64,000 nucleotides of DNA. It comes from Chrysemys picta bellii (Eukaryota). A program made the translations under genes and the position numbers. The notes under the pieces are model-generated. The model had not been told where the DNA came from, did not search any database, and was given only the letters and a program-made list of their open reading frames with translations. Of this stretch, positions 1 through 14,809 are shown in pieces. Location: assembly GCF_011386835.1 (NCBI RefSeq), contig NC_088802.1, positions 13,516,001-13,580,000 of the forward strand, in the 5' to 3' direction. How positions within the stretch are numbered: position 1 is the stretch's first letter; every line of letters begins with the position of its first letter.

Positions 1-1187
1 GAAAGAGATCGATCCAACTGCTGTGTTTAAATTGAACTGTTCGGTGACTCCAGGGGAAATTAACAAACTGTTGTCCCTTGACTCCTTAAAGTTCTGACTG
101 TTCCAGAACAGGGCTGTACTTTACAGAAAACCCCTTCCAGGGGACCTTGGGGCTGGGCAGAGGGGGGAGGATCTCAGACCCCAGGCTCCAGCCCCAGCAT
201 CTGCTCTGCTGATTTTATCCCTACAGCCTGAGCCCCTCTTCCTACCCCACTCCCCAGCCAGAGTCAGCTGACCCCCACTCTGAGACTTGTTGCAGTGTCT
301 TTTGCTTGAGTTTTGGTTTTGTTTTTTTTGCAGTGTAGATAGACATACCCTGAAAGAGGCAGGGTCCTGTGTTAATGAGCGCTGCAGTGTGTGATCCTGT
401 CATTAAAGATCATACAATAATGCACAGACACAAGGGGGCTGAATTAACAAGGCCCAGACAGCCTTGATTCCGGCCCTGCCTCACACTGCTCGACTTCGCA
501 GCGTTCAGAACATGCTTTTACTGTAATATTTTGAGGGTAAAGTGGATAGAAATCCCCTCCAGTTTTCCTGCTCTACCATAGAATTATGTAATAGGCGGAT
601 ATTACATCCTCCAATCTTGCCCCTTTTCTCCCCAATAATCAAATATTGTGGTCATGGCCGTCCCTAGCTATTTGGGTGCTCTATGCAGCCCCCCCATGGG
701 GGGCTGTGTGAGGCCCCAGGCCTCTTCCCCCCCCCCCCCAGGGTCTGGGAGGCAGGAACTGTAGGGGAGCACTTTTGGGGGTCCCACAGGCCCAGTGTGG
801 CCCAGGGGCTTAGCGGGTGGCCGGGAGCAGCCCGCTTTGCTTTCCTAGCCCCGGCCCCAGACGTGTCACTCAGGAGAGGGGGCTTGGGGAAGGGATCCCT
901 CCCCCCTGCCACGCTCACCAGCAGCAGCGTGAAGTGGAGCAGCCCGGCCCCAGCCAGCCCTACTCCGCCAGCTCCCAGCTGTGGCGCTCAGCTTCCCACC
1001 ACCCCCTCCTCCCCACGAGCGACTCAGCTGGGGCTGGGGCAAGGGAAGCGGAGTGGGCTGGGGCCACGTCGCTCTGCTTCTCACCGCCAGTGAGTGAAGG
1101 GGAACCTTTCCCCAACCTCCCCGCACTCACCGGCAGCGGGAAGCAGAGCACCGTGGCTGGGAGCTGGCGGAGTGGAGTGGGCTGTGA

Positions 1188-1984
1188 CGGTGGCGTAGCC
1201 AGGTTCTAAGTGTATGGGGAGCAAACATAAAAAAGGCGCCCCCCCTTGGCTCCTCCTCCAGCCGCTCCACCCCCCCTTGGCTGGCTCCTCCAGTCGCGCT
1301 GCGCTGCGCCCCGCGCCCTTGGCTCCTCCAGCCATGCTGCGGCCTTGGAGGGGCTCGGTCGGGGGGGGGGCCGGGCGCAGGGAAGGGGGGGCGGGCGGGT
1401 GCTGCTCACTTCTCCTGGGGGCTGGGGGAAGCGGAGCAGTGGGGCGGGCAGCAGCTGGTGAGATCCCCTCTCCCCGGCAGCTTCCTGCTTCCCTAGGCCC
1501 GGGCAGCCCAGCATTTTTTTCAAAAGCGGCGCCTGCCGGGCCGGCGCTGAACTCCTGCAGGCAAGGGGGGGGGGGGGGGGGGGGCGGCAGCACGGCCGGA
1601 CTCCGGAGGAGCCATTGAGGGGGCGGATGACGCGGCCGGAGGAACAAAGGGGCCGGCTCCTCGGCCATCGCGCCCCTTGCTAATGCTGGGCTGCCCGGGC
1701 CGAGGGAAGCAGGAAGCTACCGGGGAGAGGGGATCTGCCCGCCAGCTGCGGAGTGCTCGGCTGCCGAGCCCTGAGCCACTGCAGGAGGTGGCCGCGGCGA
1801 TGTTGGGGCCACACTGAGCATAGGGCATGATGGCCGAGGAGCCGGCCCCTTCGCTCCTCCGGTCGTGCCCGCCACCCCGCCCCTTTGCCTGCAGGAGCCC
1901 AGTGCCAGCCCGGCAGGTGCTGCTTTTGAAAAATGTGCTGGGGGAAACGGCTGCTTCCCCTGAACACCCCTAGCTACGCTCCTG
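1188..1984. mobile_element. GC-rich non-autonomous hAT-like DNA element (nested in a truncated hAT starting ~653)
   Basis: Imperfect TIRs CGGTGGCGTAGC (1188) / GCTACGCTCCTG (1984). Internal inverted repeats ~1455-1515 vs ~1683-1740 and a G20 run at 1565-1584. The same family end recurs at 43625. No TSD found. Confidence 0.55.
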
Positions 1985-2371
1985 CTCCTGCAAATAGAAC
2001 TAGAGGCCAATAGTCTGATTCTCTTCTCACAACAACTTCACACTGGTGTACACAGGTCACATGACACCAGCGGGATTACTCCTGATTAGCACCAGGGGGA
2101 GGGAGAGGAGGATGAGCCCATGGCCCAGTCAGACTGTTCCTGATTTGTACTGGGGTCAGGGAGAGGGGCACAAGTTTTTAGAGAGTTTTACCTTTATGGG
2201 AAGTTTGAGGAGCCTGTGACAGGGCAGGGATGAAGTTGGCCGGGTGACCTCACTGTGCATTTCCATCCCAGATCACGTCTGCATCACCTTTACCTTTAAC
2301 CTTACCTCAGCAGTTGGCAGCCATTTCATGCAAAACAACAGAAACTGGGAGTGGGAGAAACTAAATTGTAT

Positions 2372-2377
2372 TTTATT
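2372..2377 (-). terminator. Candidate polyadenylation signal for gene 1
   Basis: AATAAA on the minus strand, inside a block (2317-2590) that is the reverse-complement paralog of gene 4's 3' flank (63680-64000), where AATAAA is also kept. Confidence 0.45.
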
Positions 2378-3396
2378 ATTCCAAAGGACAAGCAAAAGGC
2401 AGACTCCTTTCCCCACCCTCAGCCCAGCCCACAGCTCCACCCAACTCCCCCATGCACCAGCAACTTTTACACACTGGGAGAAAAGTGCCGGGAAGCCGGG
2501 AGAGGCGCTCGTAGCCTGTCACAAAAGCAAACACCCCAAGAGCAGGGAATCCAAAGAACTCAGGTTAGAGGGGTGAGTGGGGCAGAGACAGTTTCTGTCG
2601 TCCCCATATAGGAGACTGCGACAGATGGGGAGGGGGTGACCAGCAGGGCTCTAGCGCTCCTCATCTCCCTCTGGCCTCAGTGATGGGGATCAGCCTGGCT
2701 TCAAGGCTGCCCAGGTCTGTTGACATCCCCGGCTCCCTTCTTGCCTGCGCCCAACTACGCAGCATTTCAGTAATAGGGAGACGCTGCCCCCTCCCCCATC
2801 ATTTTCCTTGGGGTGTTGTTCAGAGCCATTTAGATTTCAGGGACAGCTTCACACAATGCTCAGGCCAAGCCTAGTCTCTCTCTGGCTCTGATGCAGCGAG
2901 TTCACAGTTCTCAGCCTCAGCCCTCTGGCTCTGAGGAGCAAACCCAGCCATTTCCCAGTTCTGTTCTCCCCATCTTCTCCCCGTCCCGACGGTATCTCAC
3001 ATCTCTGCAGGGATCAGACAGTAACTTCATTCCCTGTTTCAGTCTCTGTGTCTGAGTGTAAATCTAGCGCTCAATCTCCGTCTTTGTGCTGATATTGATA
3101 ATCGTCATTGTTCTAACAACACAAAAATCCCGTGACAAAGGGCAGAAAAAGGTCAAAATACAAAGGGCCATTTGTGTTGTGATTTCCTCAATAAATCTGA
3201 GCTACACCCTGTCAAGCTAAACTAATACCAAAACGAGTGACCAATCGGTGGTCGGGAAAAGAGAAAAACCCACAATACAGGGTGGGCTATAAAACATGTT
3301 CATAAAGTGAAATCTCAGAGAACCTTCAGATTCAAAATCAGGACAATATATTTTCCCATTTTCTTCTAAAGTGCTAAACCTGCTTTACTTCTCGCC

Positions 3397-3519
3397 TAGG
3401 GTGACCAGACAGCAAGTGTGAAAAATCGGGACAGAGGGTGGGGGTAATAGATGCCTGTATAAGCCAAAACCCCAAATATCAGGACTGTCCCTATAAAATC
3501 GGGACATCTGGTCACCCTA
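3397..3519. mobile_element. hAT-Blackjack-like MITE
   Basis: TIRs TAGGGTGACCAGA / TCTGGTCACCCTA and a perfect 8-bp TSD TTCTCGCC (3389-3396, 3520-3527). Absent from the paralogous flank at ~32735. Confidence 0.9.
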
Positions 3520-3702
3520 TTCTCGCCTCATTATTTTGTCATGTTAGTTACACAAGTTTTAGCATCATCCTAATAATAAAAACAAAGCAGCTTCCCATCT
3601 AAAAACGATGTGGACTAGCCTGGAGAAAAACTGGGAGCTATTTTACCAAGAGATGCAAACAGTGCTATAAGATCTGAAAGGTCAAAATGTGCCTTCAGAT
3701 GA

Positions 3703-3882
3703 GGGGGGAGGGATAGCTCAGTGGTTTGAGCATTGGCCTGCTAAACCCAAGGTTTTGAGTTCAATCCTTGAGGGTGCCCTTTAGGGATCTGGGGAAAAAA
3801 TCTGTTTGGGGATTGGTCCTGCTTTGAGCAGGGGGTTGGACTAGATGACCTCCTGAGCTCCCTTCCAACCCTGATATTCTAT
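3703..3882 (+). mobile_element. Tortoise Pol III/SINE (tRNA-derived head, CR1-derived tail)
   Basis: A-box TAGCTCAGTGG (3714) and B-box GTTCAATCC (3759). The 3' part GGGGATTGGTCCTGCTTTGAGCAGGGGGTTGGAC...CCCTTCCAACCCTGATATTCTAT matches the CR1 3'UTR at 47620-47705. Confidence 0.9.
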
Positions 3883-4985
3883 TTGGATTTGGACACTTTC
3901 TGTCATGGAGAGCCAGGGACACGATAGAAAGTGACACCTTGGGAGGCGGAGGGGTAGAACGGGGCCAGGATAAAACTCTCCATTGCTGGGACAGAGGCTG
4001 CTGTGTGGAGAGTGGAGGATGATGGTGTTGGGGGAAGGAGGGAATCTCTTGGACTCACCCCATCAACCTGAAATAGCACAGAAGCGAAAACACCACATTT
4101 CACTGTCCCTACCTAAGGCTGTGCAACAGCCTATTTAGCTCTGCGCAGGTGCTCAGGGAACTTGCCCAGGGACCTGCCATGGTGCCCCTTCCCCGGCCCC
4201 AGCTATGCTGCAGCCCAGACCTGCTGGGGTGGCACCTCAGCCCCAGCTATGCCGTGGCCAGGGCACCCCTACTCGGCCCAATGCCAGCCAGGGTGGCGGG
4301 GCATAGCCCGGACCCAGCCGCAGCAGCCCGGCCCTGAACCCAGCCCGGACCCAGCCACGGCGGCTCGGCCCTGTCGCAGGGCGCCCCTCCCTAAACCCAG
4401 CCCCAGGCCTGTCACTTCTCTCCCCACCATAGCCCCGGAGGAATCTGGTGGAGGGTCACAGAGATGCGCTGGCTAATCCCAACTACATTTCCTACCACAG
4501 AGAGCACCTCCGTGGCTGATGCTGGAGAGGTAGGATCTCCAGGCCTCCCACAAAAGGCTGTGAGAATCACTGCCGCTCAGTGGTGCTGTTTGAATGCAGA
4601 GGGGGCAGGGAAAAGGGGCAGAGGGTGTAAGTGAGGAGAGGCAGCACGTCTCTGCCCCTGTGATCTACCTAACCTCTTATCCCCTGATCCCCAAACACTC
4701 GATAGCCCCAGCACCTAGCTCCCCCTGCTTCCCATCTCCCCCAGCCACAACCTTTCAATGTCTAGTTTCCTTCCAAAATACCTCCTTGTCCCTTAACCTT
4801 TAATCCCCCAGAACCTAGCGCCCTGGGGAATTTGGGGAGGGGAGGAGAGGAGTTACCAACTCCATGGACACTCCCCCTGCAGGGAACAGTTTCAGGTAAG
4901 TGGGGGAGCACAGCCCTGGGGCTGGTGGAAGATGGGGGGCAGGGACAGGTGTCTAGAGTGAAGCTGGGGCCTGGCCCAAGTGTCT

Positions 4986-5300
4986 TTCTTCTTTGAGTGA
5001 TAGTCCCTATTGTATTCCATGAGGATTATGCACATACACTGTGCCCGGAGCTTTTCAAAGTAGGAGTGTCCATTGGTCCACGCATGTGCCCTTGTACCAC
5101 CTTGTGGGTTCACCCCAGTCAATAAGGGGTGGGACAGACCGACCGCATCTTCAGTTCCTTCTCACCGCCACAGGATCCAAGTCACTGCTTCTGCTGTCTT
5201 CTCATCCTGAGTGCTGCACTGTCCAATCTTTCCAGGAAGACTGTTTTTATTCTTGTACATAGGATTTTACTATTTTTGTAGTAATTTTCTTGTTTCTAGA
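4986..5300 (+). mobile_element. DIRS-like retrotransposon terminal fragment
   Basis: Begins TTCTTCTTTGAGTGATAGTCCCTATTGTATTCCA and contains CAGTTCCTTCTCACCGCC, resembling recalled vertebrate DIRS1 left termini. Absent from paralogous 3' regions (17590, 34510). Confidence 0.6.
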
Positions 5301-5770
5301 AGGGGACTTCAGCCAGGCAGAGAGAGCATCTGGAGGGGTTTCTCCCTCTTCCTTCTCCCCACCTGTGTCCCATCAGCTCAGTAACCAGGACTGCAGCAGG
5401 GAGGAGGGGCTGATCGGGGCTTCTCCTCCTCTGTCTGGGGTTTGCTTAGACCAGGCAGAGCCAGAGGGTCACTGACCAGCTGATGTTTGGCTGCTGCTGG
5501 AGCCTCACCCCAGCGATGGGCAGCTGGATCCTTGGGAGCCAAATGCCCCTTATGTGTGTGGGAATGAGGAAATGGGTTTGTCACCAGGGCCAGCCCTAGT
5601 CAGGGCGCTGAGAGAATTTCCCTGCTGTGCGGAGGAGTCCCTGATGTCCAACATGCTGTTAGCGCCACATGGAGCATTTTCCACACTGAGAACATCTCAG
5701 AGGTTTCTTTCCTGTTCGGATTTGCGGATGCCTGATACCATGGAAGCACCAAATGAAGCTGCCCCCACAT

Positions 5771-8840
<3,070 letters not shown>

Positions 8841-8991
8841 TTCCCTTCCCTCTCCCGTGGGAATACAGGCAGATCTGGACCAAAACCTGGATGTGATTCT
8901 CCAGCCTATCAGGGTGAGAGGGGAGATTGGGGAGGTTATAGAAAGGGCTTGAGTCCATTTCACACCCCAATTCCCCCCAGGCTCTCTCCCT

Positions 8992-10194
8992 TACTCCTGG
9001 GGGAATTATGCGCTACTGTGCATGCACAGAATTTATGTCCCACGCAGATTTCTTTGTTTCCCCGCACAAAAATTACTTCCTGATGGGGAAGCCACAAAAG
9101 CGGTCATGCGACCCTCCCCAGCAGTATGTTCCTGGTGCGCAGGGCAGCTGGCAGAGAGGTAAATCACAGTGGGGCGGATAGGGTGGTTCCTACCCTGCAC
9201 TGGGCTCAGCTGCTAGTCCCGGCTGGGCTGCGGAAGATGGGACTTCCTATTCCCCGGCACAGCACCCAGGGCATGTCAGACACACCCGATTTCTCCCCTG
9301 GTATAGGAAGCTCTGCAAACTCACCCTCCCACCCACGCTTCCTGCACCCATTGCTCCTCAGCTGCAGGGGGATGGATGACTATACAGGGAGCTTCTCCCC
9401 CATCCGCCCAACCCCCGTGCATCCAGACCCCCTCACACCCAGACTCTTCCACTGAGCCTCACCCCCCTCTGCACCCAATGCCCCCCGACAAGCCCCACTC
9501 CTCCTGCACCTTGACCACCCCAAGGAGCCACCTGCACCCGGATCCCCACCCTACTGAGCCCCAACTAGATGCACCTGGATCGCAACCCCACTGAGCCCCA
9601 CTCCCCAGCATCTGGATGCCCCCATTAAGCCTCCAACTCCCAGACCCCCGGGCTGAGATCTATCCCCCACCCACACTCTGACCTCACCCTGTTGAGCCCC
9701 AACCACCTTCACCTGGACCCCCCCCCCCGCAGAGTCCCATTACTGTTCCACCCAGAACCCTGCAACAAGCCCTTGTGCATCCAGATCCCCCCTCACATGG
9801 ATCACCCACTGAGCTACCCAGATTGCTCCACACAGGACCCTCTCAACCTACACCTGGATTCCCCCCACACCAAGCCCCTCCACACTGGGATCCTGCCTTG
9901 CTGAGCCTGCCTGCCCACACCTGGTGCACCTGGCACTGGGGGCAGGGCTCTGGGGTGTTTCTGGGGCAGGCCTGGTCCTTGCGCTGTGTCAGGGTTGGGT
10001 GCAGCCTCACCACTGAGTCCGTGTCCTGGAAGGGGGGAGCTGCACTGTAATCTCCCACCTCTGTGCAGCCCGTGGCCTGTGCTCCCTAATGCCCATTCTG
10101 GAGCCTCCACATTTATTTGACAAAAAAATTGCAGAATTTTAAAATACTGTGCACAAAATGTTTATTTTTTTGGTGCAGAATGCCCTCAGGAGTA
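8992..10194. mobile_element. Unclassified TIR DNA transposon in gene 1 intron 1
   Basis: TIRs TACTCCTGGGGGAATT / AATGCCCTCAGGAGTA and a 7-bp TSD TCTCCCT. Empty site in the gene 4 paralog (~53645). Internal C-rich minisatellite ~9400-9900. Confidence 0.85.
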
Positions 10195-11396
10195 TCTCCC
10201 TGCAGACAGATGCTCTGGACTCTGCCATGCTGGGAAGAAACCCAGTTAGTTTATTACCACCCAGGCCAGGCCCCTCCCAGCAGAACTGAACCCCCCGGGG
10301 CACTTTTAAACTGTCCCAGTTAGAGCATCCCTGAGCTGAATGCTAGAAAAAGAGCAGAATCAAAGGAGCCGCTTTGGGGGATTCCCCCTGAGACTGTCCC
10401 CAAAGGCAGCACGTCCCCCCACCTTCCGAGCAGCCCAGTGATTCAAGAGAGACAGCACCTGGCTTTCCTCTCTCAGCTCCTCCTCTTGTTCCCAAGAGAG
10501 TCAGTCTGTCCAGGGGAATGGATCGGGGCAGGTCTGGGAACTGGGAACCTCCCTTCCCGCTTACTGCTCCTGCTGCCCCTTCCAGTCTGGTCACTCTCTG
10601 TTTCTATCACCTTCCCTTTCTCCCCTTCCCTCTGTCTGGGAGAACTGATTCTGCCCCAGTTACATGGGCATTTGCTCTTCAGTAGACTGATCAGTTTGAA
10701 CTTGGTTGTGTGAGGGGCAACAGATCTGGGAGCCGCAGGCCCAGGGGAAGCCTCCCCCTCCGGTACAAACTCACCAGCAGGTCCTGGAAAGGGGCCCTTT
10801 GTGCAGAGTCACTTTCCTGCCCGGCCCCAGCCCTGTCCCCCAGGTCTCCCCATCACCTGTAGGCTGCGGCTCAGGGGCTGGTGTCAGCAGAGCCCCAGGC
10901 TGCCCCTGGGGCTGATTCCAGCCACCAAGAAAGTTCCCACCTGGGCTGGGCAGTGAAGGGGCTTTGATGAAGGTCTCTCCCAGGCTCAGACTCTGCTGGA
11001 CAAGAAACAGCGTCTCAGTCTGGGCCCCCAGCTCAAAATGGAGGAGACAGGAGCTTTTGATCCGGGGAGCTGCACTCCAGGGCTGTGATAACATGAGCAG
11101 GGAGAGACACACACCCGCCTCCTCCTCTCCCTTAGCCATTAACCGGAGCCCTCTGGTGGCCCTCTGAGCCTCCGTGTCCTGCCCCTGCAGCCCCCAAGAC
11201 AGGCAAGCAGAGGCTGATCCCATTAGCCCATTCGCACACACCCCCTGTCAGAGCCGGCAGTGACTCCGGTCTGACTCCGGTGTGGCTGAGATCTGATTTT
11301 CGGGCAGGAGTCAGAACAGGGCCCTGGGCAGCCCCAAACACTCAGGAGACAGATCCCTAAATCATGGGTTTGCCTTAAAATATGAGAGGGAGAGGG

Positions 11397-11400
<4 letters not shown>

Positions 11401-11428
<28 letters not shown>
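11401..11428. repeat. (GT)14 microsatellite
   Basis: Perfect dinucleotide run in gene 1 intron 1. Confidence 0.95.
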
Positions 11429-11892
11429 CTCTGTGTGTGAGAATTTGCCTTGTAGCTTCTGAGCCCTGAGGGGTTAGTCCCCTTGTTTGAACAGTTTTAG
11501 GAGGAAAAAAAATCCCCACTGCCTGCTGGGCAGGGCAGCCCCTCAACATCTCATGTCCCATGGGCCGGAAGAGCTGCCTTTGTATCTCTCCCCACCCCTC
11601 TGCCTTCTCCCTGCCTCTGTCTCTCCCTTCCCCAGCCAGTCTCCCCACATCCCCCCTTTCCGTCGCAGTGCCCCCCACATCTTCCTTCTATTCCAGCCTC
11701 GTTCCCCTCAGCCCCATAATTCCGCCCCCCGCCCGGTTCCCCCGCATCGCCCCATCCTCCCTTCAGTGCACCACTGTCCCCCCCATCCCATCCTTCCCCC
11801 TGCATCCCACTTCACCCGCCTCCTGCCCCCGCATCCCGCTCCCCCCGCCTGCTCTCCTCCCCCTGCGCCCGGGGGTGACGGGTCTCTCTTAC

Positions 11893-12200
11893 CTTCCCTC
11901 CGAGCGGGGCCCCCCTGGGGCAGGGGCCGGGCCGGGAAGGGGCCTGGCCGGGCTGGGGGCTCTGCCCTGGGAGAGGCTCCTGGGGAGCAGCGGGAAGGGC
12001 CCTGCTGGAGATTCCCCTCTCCCGGCTGCAGCCAGGGCTCCGGGCTCCCAGCACCAGCCGCCGGGGCTCGGGGATCTCGCCAGGAGCCTGGAGCCAGAGT
12101 CACCACAGCGGCTGCGAGTCACTTCCTGCTGCCGGGCCTGAGCCCAGCGATCGCTCCCCCCAGAGCCGCTTCCCAGCTGCTCCTGGGTCCTAGCGATCAA
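11893..12200 (-). promoter_or_regulatory. CpG-rich promoter and non-coding exon 1 of gene 1
   Basis: ETS/GABP-type core ACTTCCTG at 12121-12128 and donor AAG|GTAAG at 11893/11892. The block is nearly identical in genes 3 and 4. TSS position is inferred. Confidence 0.7.
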
Positions 12201-14104
12201 CTCATCGCGCTGCAGCCCCCTGCCCCAGACCCTGCCCCCTGGGGGCCCCACCTCCCCGAGGCAGGGCAGCTTCTCCCAGAGCTATGTAGATCTTGCCTGG
12301 ATCCCAATAGGATCAATGGGGGGACAGAAGGGAGACGTGCAGATCCCGGGGAGGGGGCAGAAGGGGGTTTCTAGGGAGACTCGTGTTGTTCCAGAGACTC
12401 CAGGGGCGAGGGGAGCCGGGACACTCTGTGTGTGATTTGTTCTGGTAACAGACTGGCACAGGGAGCAGTTGGGCAGAGCTGGTCTCTTGTCTCCACACCA
12501 CACTCGCTGGCTACCAGCCCTGCGCAGGAGCTCCCAGCTCAGCTCCCCTCCCTCGGGTCATGGAGCTATCAGAGGTTTGCCACTGGGTTCTGCTGGTTAC
12601 TTGTAGGTCCAGATGAACCCACCCCTGGGCTCTATTTAAACCCCTTCATGTCTACCCCCTTCCCAGGGATCCCCTCTGCCCCTCTCCCAGCTGGCTCCCC
12701 TGTGTGGGCACTGACCGCAGCTCCCCATCGGGCACCTGGATGTCAGCAGCAAAACTCCTGTTGCTCTGAGTCAGGGACTGGTGCTCTGCCCACTCAGGAT
12801 TATCCCGTTTCCCCCTCATTGTATCCTGGCTCTGCACTGCTCCCCAGAAGCGTTCAGCAGGTCTGGCTCCTATGGGAGGGGGGAGAGGGGGCATGGCTCC
12901 ACACTCTCGCCCACAGGCACTGCGCCCCCAGCTCCCATTGGCCACAGTTCCCGGCCAGTGGGAATGAGAAGCCAGTGCTCAGGGCAGGGGCAGTGCACAG
13001 AACCTCATGCTCCCCTGACACACACCTGGGAGCCGGACCTGCTGGCCCCATCTGGGGCACAGCGCAGTGCCAGGACAGGTAGGGCCTAGCCTGCCTTAGC
13101 CCTGCAGCACTGCTGACTGCACTTTTAACGGCCTGGTTGGCAGAGCTGACCAGAGCCGCCAGGGTCCCTTTTCAACCGGGTGTCCTGGTCGAAAACCAGA
13201 CACCTGGCAACCCTAATGGGAAATGCCAGCCAGAAGGGATTTCCACTGCAGAGGAAACATTTTCCCTACCAACCCCTAAAAGAGTCGGAAAAGCTGAAGA
13301 ATTGGCAGCTCTGTTCTGAGCATGGGTAATAGGCTTAGCCTCCCCATGCGCAGCCACCACCAGACGCCTGAGCTGTGGTGGTCCTGCCTGCGGTCCACCT
13401 CTTCCCCTCCTTGCTTCGCCCCTTCCCCGAGACTCCCACCTACGCGCTGCCTTGTGAGTCCCTCGTCTCTCGCCCACTCCACCTTCACACCCCCGGAGGT
13501 TCCCACTGCTCCCTGTGTCCCTCGTCGGGACACCTTGGGCAAGCGTCTTGTGCTGGTGCACAGGCCAGCTTGGGGTCAGGCAGGTGCTGGGTTCGATGCT
13601 CCTCCAGCCATGATGGAGAGGGGGGGATGGCTCGGGGCTCTGGTGGGTGAGGGGGGCTGGAAGGGGCAGGGCCTCAGGCAGAAGAGGTGGGGCCGGGGGG
13701 CTAGCCTCCCCAAAGGGGGGGTTTTACCCACGGCCCATGGGTATGACATGAGCTCCAGTGTTGACCGGAAAAGGGTGCATTGTTCTATGAGGGCAAGGCC
13801 TATCGGACCTGACAAACTCACTACTCCTCATGCATTGCTTTCATAGTATTTATCCACCACGGGTCATGGGCAGTCTCTAATAAAGGCTCAGGTCACACTG
13901 TTCCTCAGGATCATTGCAAGAAGTGTGGGCAGATGATCTTTAAGGAATACGCTTATATACCAGAAACTGTTTTAAAGTCTGAATCCAGGAAGAGTTGGCA
14001 AACCGGTTTTGTCAGATAAAGGTATATCCCGTGATCTTTCTCCCACAGTTCATAGGTAGATGAAGCATTGTAAGGAACACAATTGAAGTCCTGTTTGTAT
14101 ATAG

Positions 14105-14270
14105 CAGTGGTTCTCAACCAGGGGTGCACGTATCACTGGAGGTACACAGAGGTCTTTCAGGGGGTACCTCAACTCATCTAGATATTTGCCTCGCTTTGCA
14201 ACAGGCTAAATAAAAAGCACTAGCAAAGTCAGGACAAACTAACATTTCATACAATGACTTGTTTATACCT
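14105..14270. mobile_element. hAT-Charlie-like left-end fragment
   Basis: Starts CAGTGGTTCTCAACC; no right end found. Confidence 0.55.
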
Positions 14271-14809
14271 TTACTGGTTAAACTCAGACTGTCTGAATCG
14301 CGATATACCTGGTGTTTGATATGTTGGTCTTATTGCTTTGTTGATAAACTCCTCTTCGTTTTCACTAACACTATATCTCAGTGCTGTGATGTTACATTGG
14401 CGCTGACCCTCAGTTGAATCAAACAAGCTGGTATTGTCCCTTTGGGGACAGCTCACCTGGGAATTTCTGAGTGTCCAGTGGAGAGGGGCTGGACACTGCA
14501 CAAGGACATGTCAGAGGAGCTGGAGGACGAGGTTGCGCCTAGTGTGAACCTGCAAGGCAAAAGTAAGGACTGGCAGAGACCCGGGGAGTTTATCTGGGGA
14601 GCTAAAAGGCTGGGAGTGACAGGGGATGGACACCCAGTTCAGCAGAAGCACGTCTCCCTCACACTGAGGAAGGTGGGTAACAAGGAGACTCACAGTCTGG
14701 GGCATCCCAAGAAAATGTCAGAGTCAAAACCTGCAGTGTGTGGAGCTCAGGAATGGCGAAATAATACCTCCAAGGGGCTTAAAACACCAACACACCTCCA
14801 ATGCTGGGG

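Noticed and set aside
3703-3775. tRNA-like sequence with A and B boxes
   Set aside because: It is the head of a SINE, directly followed by the CR1-derived tail, not a tRNA gene.
12633-12640. TATA-like TATTTAAA pointing away from genes 1 and 3 (possible divergent promoter)
   Set aside because: Not conserved in gene 4 or the orphan relic, and no downstream exon is evident.
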